A stretch of DNA of 64,000 nucleotides from positions 4,749 through 68,748 of the forward strand of contig CASGDA010000009.1 in assembly GCA_949300145.1 (NCBI GenBank). Direction: 5' to 3'. The DNA comes from an uncultured Treponema sp. (lineage in GTDB: Bacteria; Spirochaetota; Spirochaetia; Treponematales; Treponemataceae). This document shows positions 57,683-64,000 of the stretch, piece by piece. The first letter of the stretch is position 1, and each line of letters begins with the position of its first letter. The position numbers and the translations under genes are program-made. The notes under the pieces are model-generated. The model was given only the letters and a program-made list of their open reading frames with translations. It was not told the origin of the DNA and searched no databases.

Positions 57683-59463
57683 AAAAAGAATTCTGCAATC
57701 CTGTTTCTTATAAGGATTCTGAAAAACGCACGAATCCCGATCCTTATATATTGAGGTGGTGCGGTTCATATTATTGTTATTCAACAGATGCGGAAGGAGT
57801 TAATGTCAGTTATTCAGATGATCTGGTGAACTGGACATATTCTGGATTTGCCCTTTCGTCAGCCGGTAAAAAAGATTTCTGGGCTCCCGCGGTATTGTAC
57901 CGTAACGGTGTTTTTTATATGTATTTCTCCTGCCGTGATGAAAAATCCGGCGATGTTCATGAGGAATGTCTTCATGTGGCTGAATCAGAATCTCCGTTAG
58001 GGCCGTTTGTCATTAAAAAGCGCTTTTTCGATATCTTTTCAATTGATGCCCATCCTGTTGAAATCGGAGACGACGTATTCCTGTTTTATTCCGTGAACGA
58101 CATCACCGGGTTAAACAAACACAACGCGGGAACCTGTATTGTCGCTGATAAACTGATTGATATGTACACTTTGTCAGGCAGTCCGAAGCCGGTGATACTG
58201 CCGTCCCTTGAATCGGAGATTTATGCGCGGGACAGGTTCGCCCCGGGACAACACTGGCATACAATTGAGGGCGCTTGTTTTTATGAATACAGAAACAAGG
58301 CTTATGTTATTTTTTCCGCCAACGCATATGTAAATACGGATTATTACTTGTCTTATGCGGTCGCGGAAAAAAACGGCGGTTTTTTATCCTGGGAATGGAA
58401 GAAATACCCTGATAATTACACATCCCACGCTTTGGTAAAAAAGACGGATTCCGTTGAAGGAACGGGTCACAATACGGTGACAAAAGCTCCGAACATGGTG
58501 GATGACTGGCTGGTTTACCACGGAAGGAATGCGCAGGAACCTCTGCTTCAGGATGTGGAACAACGTGTCATGCGCATTGATCCCTTCTTTGTTGACGGAT
58601 ACCGTCTTGTGACTCCGGCACCCACTTCGTGTCCACAAAGTGTTCCGGAAACGCCTTCTGTTACGGTTAAAGACTTAACTTGCGGCTGCGGAACCGTTTT
58701 GTGCCGGGAAAAATATGCGTTTTATATTGCCGAAATATGGTTGTGTCCTGATTATGATAAAACCGAACACCGTGGCGTTCATTATTCCATATTATTGGAT
58801 AAAAATGAAAACAGTTATATTGAATTGGAATTGGTAAGCGGACTGCATTTGATTAAGGTTAATCTGGTCGAGAAAAATATACAGACAGGATTGTCTGATA
58901 TAAGGCTTCCCGGTGACTTCGACTATCATGTTCCTCATTTATACGCAGTCACCAAAACATTTGACCGGATAACGCTTACGGTTGACAACCGGTTTTCCTG
59001 TTCCTTTACAACCCCGCTGTCTGCCGGCACGGTCTGTCTTGCTCCGTATATGCTTCCCGTTACGGTGAAGTCTTTTGCTTTGACGGTATCAGCTTCTTTA
59101 TACGGAACGGATCTTTCCAGGATTCACCGTTTTTATGATGCTGAGATTCCTGCCGTCGCCGGAGAGTCCGGATTGACTGGAACCGAAGAACACGGAACAA
59201 AAATATGTTTTACCAGAAAATCCGGGTTTACCGGTAACTTTAAAGAAAGCATTGACTTTGAGCCTCTTTGCAGCCGTGCGTGCCTTTCTGTACTTTACAG
59301 CGTTGACGGAAAAAACTGGGAAGAAAGCTGTTCATTTAAATCCGTGGAGCAGTCTTTTAGTCCGGCATATACACTGCGCTGGAATCACGGACAGGATGTT
59401 TTTGTCAGAATCACCGGCCGGTATGTGAGAATAAGCGGATATTCCGCTACCATTTTAAATTAA
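57679..59463 (+). CDS. glycoside hydrolase family 43 protein with a C-terminal beta-sandwich-like domain
   Basis: NPDPYILRW (catalytic Asp), FWAPAVLYRNGVFYMYFS, IDAHPV and TIEGACFY (catalytic Glu). No signal peptide. GTGA overlap with the permease remnant. Confidence 0.85.
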   Translation: MKKEFCNPVSYKDSEKRTNPDPYILRWCGSYYCYSTDAEGVNVSYSDDLVNWTYSGFALSSAGKKDFWAPAVLYRNGVFYMYFSCRDEKSGDVHEECLHVAESESPLGPFVIKKRFFDIFSIDAHPVEIGDDVFLFYSVNDITGLNKHNAGTCIVADKLIDMYTLSGSPKPVILPSLESEIYARDRFAPGQHWHTIEGACFYEYRNKAYVIFSANAYVNTDYYLSYAVAEKNGGFLSWEWKKYPDNYTSHALVKKTDSVEGTGHNTVTKAPNMVDDWLVYHGRNAQEPLLQDVEQRVMRIDPFFVDGYRLVTPAPTSCPQSVPETPSVTVKDLTCGCGTVLCREKYAFYIAEIWLCPDYDKTEHRGVHYSILLDKNENSYIELELVSGLHLIKVNLVEKNIQTGLSDIRLPGDFDYHVPHLYAVTKTFDRITLTVDNRFSCSFTTPLSAGTVCLAPYMLPVTVKSFALTVSASLYGTDLSRIHRFYDAEIPAVAGESGLTGTEEHGTKICFTRKSGFTGNFKESIDFEPLCSRACLSVLYSVDGKNWEESCSFKSVEQSFSPAYTLRWNHGQDVFVRITGRYVRISGYSATILN

Positions 59464-59474
59464 TGTCCTTTGTT

Positions 59475-60002
59475 TTAAGGTGAAATTGAACCGGTTCGTT
59501 CCAGTTCCAGGAGTTTTGCCTTGCGGTTTATTCCTCCTGCGTATCCTGTAAGTCCGCCATTTGTTCCCAGTACCCTGTGGCATGGTATGATTAGTGAAAT
59601 TTTATTTTTCCCGACAGCGCCGCCCACAGCTCTGGGTGACATCCCCGCAATGTTTTTTTCTCTTAAAAGTATTTCAGAAATTTTATTGTATGAGGTTGTT
59701 TCCCCGTAATGAATTTTTTGAAGAATATTCCATACGGATATTTGAAAAGGGGTTCCTGTCAGGTGCAGCTCCGGAATGAAAGACGGATTTTTTCCTGAAA
59801 AATAAATATCAAGCCAGTCTTTTGTTTTATTCAACAGGTTTGTCTCTTTTTCAATCCAATTATCTTTATCTATTATTGGGAAATGTTTTTGACCGCAAAA
59901 CCATAAGCCTGTTAATCCTGTGTCATCGGCTGCCAGAAGAATATTCCCTAACGGTGAGTTATAGTAACTTATGTATTGTAAATAATTCTCCATAATATTC
60001 AT
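59475..60002 (-). CDS. ogt: methylated-DNA--protein-cysteine methyltransferase
   Basis: IIPCHRVLG active site. ATG at 60002 (or 59993) is preferred over the TTG at 60044. Confidence 0.9.
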   Translation of the reverse strand: MNIMENYLQYISYYNSPLGNILLAADDTGLTGLWFCGQKHFPIIDKDNWIEKETNLLNKTKDWLDIYFSGKNPSFIPELHLTGTPFQISVWNILQKIHYGETTSYNKISEILLREKNIAGMSPRAVGGAVGKNKISLIIPCHRVLGTNGGLTGYAGGINRKAKLLELERTGSISP

Positions 60003-60040
60003 TGCAACAAATATAGATAATGTAGAAAACTGTGTTATTG

Positions 60041-61159
60041 TCAATAAATCAGTTCAAAATCTTTGATTGTAAGTGTAGCGTCCTTTTTGCCTTCAAATTC
60101 ATCTCCGTTTACGCTGGAAGCAAAAACAACATTGATATGGGTTACAGGCAGGCCGCTTTCGCCTATGACATCTTCTTCGGATATTATAGGTGATGCCGCA
60201 AGCTCATCCTCATCATACACAAAAAAACTTGTCAGGGTTCTCATCCCGTTTGAATCCGGTTCTGAAATCGACAGTGTCGGTCCCGTCAGGGATGTTTCTG
60301 CCGTTCCGATGTATCCTGCTGCGCCTACAATTAAGCGGATATCATTATTCCTGTTTTCCAGCGTCGCTGCTAAAGAACATTCATCTCCCTTGCCGTCATA
60401 GTTGAATTTTATTGTGAATCCTTTCGGAACCGCTTCAAAAGGAATTCCCCAATCTATTAACGCCTTTCCGTTTTTATTGGTAAAGCCAAGGAGTTGCTTA
60501 AGCGTCATGTTGCGTTCTATTTTTCCTATAAATAAATTTCCGCTGGCAATTACTCCGAATACCCTGCGGGTGGTAAGTTGCGCTGCTGTTGATCCGTCAG
60601 GTAACGTGATTTTATAAGTAGGCCACTTTTTACTTCCCGATGTAGAGAAAGCAGGATTTCCGTTGTCCCAAAGAGATTGGGCGGATGTTCCCGGCATTTC
60701 TTTGCATTCCACATTTCCCAATGTTATAAAACCAGGAACCTCCTCGGAATGCCACTGTGAAAAATCACTTCCGGGAATTTGATACCCTCCTGAAATTGTC
60801 CAGGTTTTTGATTTTTCATTTTCAGAAGATGAAATAATAAAATTGGTTTTATATCTCAAATCAATTTCATCAGGCAGTGTATGTGTAAGTCCTTCCTGTA
60901 ATTCAACGGATACAACTTTCGCTTTGGAAATAGGAAAAACAGTTGAAGTCCCGTCAATATAATAAGGTAAAGGAATGTATATGGTTGCAGAGACAGGATC
61001 AATGACTGATTTTTCTATTTGCCCTTCAACTTTGATTTCTACAGGCTGAAGCTCATTGAGAGCCTGTTCAATATTTTCCTGCGCGGATACAATTGATGCG
61101 GTTAAAATAAAAAAGAATGCGGCGCTGATTTTTTTTGCGTGTTGTTTAATTTTTTCCAT
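60041..61159 (-). CDS. secreted PCMD-domain (putative carbohydrate metabolism domain) protein
   Basis: Signal peptide AAFFFILTASIVSAQE. IPGSDFSQWH, LWDNGNPAFS, AAQLTTRRVFGVIASGNLFIG and GIPFEAVPKGFTIKFNYDGKGDECS match my memory of the Bacteroidota PCMD family. Confidence 0.55.
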   Translation of the reverse strand: MEKIKQHAKKISAAFFFILTASIVSAQENIEQALNELQPVEIKVEGQIEKSVIDPVSATIYIPLPYYIDGTSTVFPISKAKVVSVELQEGLTHTLPDEIDLRYKTNFIISSSENEKSKTWTISGGYQIPGSDFSQWHSEEVPGFITLGNVECKEMPGTSAQSLWDNGNPAFSTSGSKKWPTYKITLPDGSTAAQLTTRRVFGVIASGNLFIGKIERNMTLKQLLGFTNKNGKALIDWGIPFEAVPKGFTIKFNYDGKGDECSLAATLENRNNDIRLIVGAAGYIGTAETSLTGPTLSISEPDSNGMRTLTSFFVYDEDELAASPIISEEDVIGESGLPVTHINVVFASSVNGDEFEGKKDATLTIKDFELIY

Positions 61160-62273
61160 TTGTTTTATTCTCTTCGATAATAGTTTTATATACTTCCGTC
61201 ATTTTTGTAGTTGACTTGGAAATACTGTATTGTTTGCTTTGTTCAATATACTGTTTGCTTAACAGAGCTTTTTCTTCAGGATGTTCAATCCAGTAATCAA
61301 TTTTATCCGCAAGGCTTTGAGGATTTCCTTCTTCAAATAATGATTTTTCATTGATTGCGAAATAAACTGTTGCGCTTTTGGGGGCATTCGCAATTACGGG
61401 AACAAGACCGCAACTGAATGCTTCCATGCAGGCGATGGCTTCTATTTCTATATCCGATGCGTGTACATATAAATCAATGCTTCTCATCTGTTGCAGCAAC
61501 TCTTCGGGAGTATAAAATTTGAAAACCGGAGGATTAGCAAGACCTTTGCTCATTTTATTGTATTTTTTGTATAAAGGACCGTTGCCTGCAAAATAAAGCT
61601 GTATTTTATCGCTGTATTTTGACAGTTTCGCCGCTTTTATTATTAAATCCTGCCGTTTTTCCGGAGAAAGTCTTCCCGTCATAAGAATGTTGAATTTTTT
61701 ATGGGGTAACGCGGGTAAGGGTTTGAAAACGTCGGCCACTCCGTTACTTATGACGTGGAATTTTGCATTGTATCCGTTTGCTTTTAATTCATCCGCAATG
61801 AATTGGGAGGGGCAGTGTATATCAGAGAATCTGTTAAAAAAGTATTTGTATAAAAATTTATAAAAGAAACGGGAGGCTTTTTCATTTTTAGCCAATCCAA
61901 TGTTGTATGTTATATTTTCAGCCTGAACGTGAAAACCGGCGATACAGGGTATCCCCATTTCTCTCGCGATTTTTTCTGTGACCCGCGCCATCGGGAACGG
62001 CAGGTAGAAATGGACGATATCCGCTCCTTCCAAAGCTTTTCTGATGATTACAGGATCTGCTTTTGAAAATATTATTCCTTGTTTTTTTGCTATCCATGAT
62101 ACAAGCGGTATTTTCAATAAAGGTAAAATAAATTTATCAGGTCCCGGTATTCCTGTCGTTATAACCCGGACTGTATGACCTTGTTCCCGCAGGCTTTCAG
62201 TAAATCTTCTTGCAGATATAGTTGTTCCGTTATTCAATGCGTCATATTGATCCGCCACAAAAACAATAACCAT
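61146..62273 (-). CDS. GT4-family glycosyltransferase (diacylglycerol glycosyltransferase-like)
   Basis: 375 aa with a GT-B fold pattern: N-terminal MVIVFVADQYDALNNGTTISARRF, and a C-terminal E(x7)E-like region ACMEAFSCGLVPV. Confidence 0.8.
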   Translation of the reverse strand: MVIVFVADQYDALNNGTTISARRFTESLREQGHTVRVITTGIPGPDKFILPLLKIPLVSWIAKKQGIIFSKADPVIIRKALEGADIVHFYLPFPMARVTEKIAREMGIPCIAGFHVQAENITYNIGLAKNEKASRFFYKFLYKYFFNRFSDIHCPSQFIADELKANGYNAKFHVISNGVADVFKPLPALPHKKFNILMTGRLSPEKRQDLIIKAAKLSKYSDKIQLYFAGNGPLYKKYNKMSKGLANPPVFKFYTPEELLQQMRSIDLYVHASDIEIEAIACMEAFSCGLVPVIANAPKSATVYFAINEKSLFEEGNPQSLADKIDYWIEHPEEKALLSKQYIEQSKQYSISKSTTKMTEVYKTIIEENKTNGKN

Positions 62274-62392
62274 TTATTATTATATTCCCCGTAATTAAGA
62301 TATTTCAGAGATATATACATTAAATAAACCAAAATATTAAGGAAAGTGTAACCGAATGTTCTATTTATAACAAAATATTATTAAAATGCAGT

Positions 62393-63575
62393 TTAATGTT
62401 TAATACATGCCAGTCTGTAAATTTCCTCGCATGCATTCCTGTCCAGTTTCACGAAATTTCCCTCGGTATGGTTGTCGATGCCAAGTTTATCAAGCAGTAC
62501 CGGGATGTCATTTTCATTCGCCCCTAAATCTGAAAATGACAGAGGCATCCCGGCTTCTTTCCAGAAGTTGCGCAGAGCCCTTATACCGGCGAACGCTGTT
62601 TCTTCCGGATTGGAAAAATTCATCTGGCAGCCGAAAACTCTTACGGCAAACTGTGCAAGTCTGTCAGGATTGTGATGCTTGACTACATATTCCATCCATG
62701 CCGGGAATATTACAGAAAGTCCGGCGCCATGGGCGCAATCGTATAAAGCCGATAATTCATGTTCCAGATGATGGCTCGCCCAATCCTGTATGCGACCAAT
62801 TCCGCAGCTGTTATTGTGTGCAATCATTCCTGCCCACATCAGGTTTGCCCTCGCTCCGTAATCTTCAGGATTTTGAATCGCTTTTGGAAGCTGTGTTACA
62901 ACCGTTAAAAGGATGGCTTCACACAGCCTGTCTGTAATTTCGGTTTCTTCTGTATTTGAAAAATAGCGTTCCATTACATGAGCCATAATGTCCACCGCTC
63001 CGGAGGCTGTCTGATAAGGAGGAAGGGTCGTTGTGAGCTCAGGATTCATAATCGCAAATTTTGGCCGTATGGCTTCACCGCCTGCACCCCGTTTAAGCAT
63101 TCCTTTTTCAAGTGTTATGACACATCTGTCAGAGCCTTCGCTGCCTGCCGCCGCAATTGTGGGAATTACTCCTAAGGGAAGGGCCTCCGTTAATTTTGCT
63201 TTACCTGTAAAAAAAATCAGCGAAGTCTCCGTTGTAAGGGACTCCCATGGCGATTGCCTTCGCTGAGTCTATGGCACTGCCTCCTCCGACGGCGAGAATA
63301 AAATCAATTTGCTTTTCGCGGCATAATTCCATTCCCCGGTAAACAAGTGGGCTTCTGGGATTCGGCTGCACCCCGCCAAGCTCGATGAAATATATTCCCT
63401 GCTTATCCAGGCTTTCGCGGATACGGTTGAGCACACCGCTGCGTTCCGCTGAACCGCTTCCGTAATGCACAAGAATACGCTCTTTTCCTGTCTGTTTTAT
63501 ATATACCCCTGTATTTAACTCTTCTTTTCTTCCGAAGATAAAGCGTGTTGGACTGTAAAAGACAAAATTCTCCAT
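62393..63575 (-). pseudogene. iron-containing alcohol dehydrogenase (YqhD/BdhA-like), interrupted by a frameshift
   Basis: The N-terminal ORF 63201..63575 (GGGSAIDSAKAIA) and the C-terminal ORF 62393..63100 (DIMAHVMERYF, HHLEHELSALYDCAHGAG) are in different frames. Deleting one base of the A8 run 63209-63216 joins them seamlessly. Confidence 0.85.
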
Positions 63576-63723
63576 AAGATATTCCTCGCTGCAGGAGACA
63601 TAATATCATTTGTTTTTTTTTCTGAAAAGTACTGGATTTATTTCCCTGTTTACAATGACATTATATTGTAGAGACAAAATATAAATAATAATGTATTATG
63701 TGCGTAGTTCTTGGGGAAATAAA

Positions 63724-64000
63724 ATGAATCTATCTCTTCTGAAACCGGGGAAATCCGGTGTCATTACAAAAATCGGAGGCGAGGGTGCTTTGCGCCGTCA
63801 TCTTCTCGATATGGGCTTGACTCCGAAAACCGTTGTCTTTGTCCGGAGAACCGCGCCTCTCGGTGATCCTGTTGAATTGTCGTTGCGCGGTTATGAGCTG
63901 ACCATCCGCCTGTCAGACGCCGAACAAATTGAGGTCGAAGAATGCGGGACGAACGAAGTTGCCGGATTGAATAATTGTTCCCGTTGCGGAAAATGTTCAG
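63724..64000 (+). CDS. feoA: FeoA-domain protein, 3'-partial (runs off the window)
   Basis: ATG at 63724. LKPGKSGVITKIGGEGALRRHLLDMGLTPKTVVFVRRTAPLGDPVELSLRGYELTIRLSDAEQIEV is a typical FeoA SH3-like domain. There is no stop before nt 64000. Confidence 0.75.
   Translation, partial: MNLSLLKPGKSGVITKIGGEGALRRHLLDMGLTPKTVVFVRRTAPLGDPVELSLRGYELTIRLSDAEQIEVEECGTNEVAGLNNCSRCGKCS

Noticed and set aside
60003-60044. TTG-initiated N-terminal extension of ogt overlapping the PCMD gene stop
   Set aside because: The extension (MTITQFSTLSIFVA) is not part of the Ogt fold, and ATG codons at 60002 and 59993 give a canonical N-terminus.
1-64000. Search for tRNA, rRNA, tmRNA, SRP or RNase P RNA genes, transposases, phage genes, toxin-antitoxin pairs and known defence systems
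   Set aside because: No intergenic region larger than 100 nt shows tRNA-like T-arm (GTTCGAATC-type) or SRP-like motifs. No ORF shows a transposase DDE motif, phage structural features, or nuclease/ATPase defence signatures. This is a by-eye scan only, so tRNAscan, Infernal and a defence-system finder should confirm it.

Overview
This is a 64-kb piece of a spirochaete chromosome. Gene content and order look Treponema-like: periplasmic-flagella genes, FlaA-family genes next to fba, an RRM RNA-binding protein and a reduced division cluster. Spot counts put the GC of the bulk at about 50-60%. There are about 70 CDS, and nearly all are recognisable housekeeping genes. They include murI, rsgA, valS, serS, argS, ttcA, tpiA, luxS, ldhA, asnA, icd and fba. 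A compact division cluster runs mraZ-rsmH-ftsL-murF-ftsW-ftsQ-ftsA-ftsZ. It is followed by xerD, a TPR protein and dprA-topA-xerC-hslVU, which run straight into the flagellar operon flgB-flgC-fliE-fliF-fliG-fliH-fliI-fliJ. After that come hflKC, rpoZ, miaA and small metabolic genes. The last ~7.5 kb (about 56.1-63.7 kb) is visibly AT-richer and looks accessory and decaying. It holds a truncated lacI abutting a 5'-truncated sugar ABC permease (a deletion scar), an orphan GH43 hydrolase, a very AT-rich GT4 / PCMD-domain / ogt operon, and an iron-type alcohol dehydrogenase split by a one-base frameshift in an A8 tract. A feoA gene runs off the right edge. I saw no rRNA, tRNA, CRISPR array, transposase, prophage or recognisable defence system. 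I could not identify a convincing novel multi-gene system. The best leads are the decaying accessory block, a phased GTGGG-repeat operator at the mraZ promoter, a stand-alone (p)ppGpp-hydrolase-like HD protein, a radical-SAM/SPASM-like gene linked to luxS and an MFS transporter, a secreted nitroreductase-fold protein with an odd Pro/His-rich tail, and an HflKC-linked membrane protein with a degenerate kinase-like domain. Start codons are best guesses. Functions are inferred from motifs I recognise by eye, not from searches.
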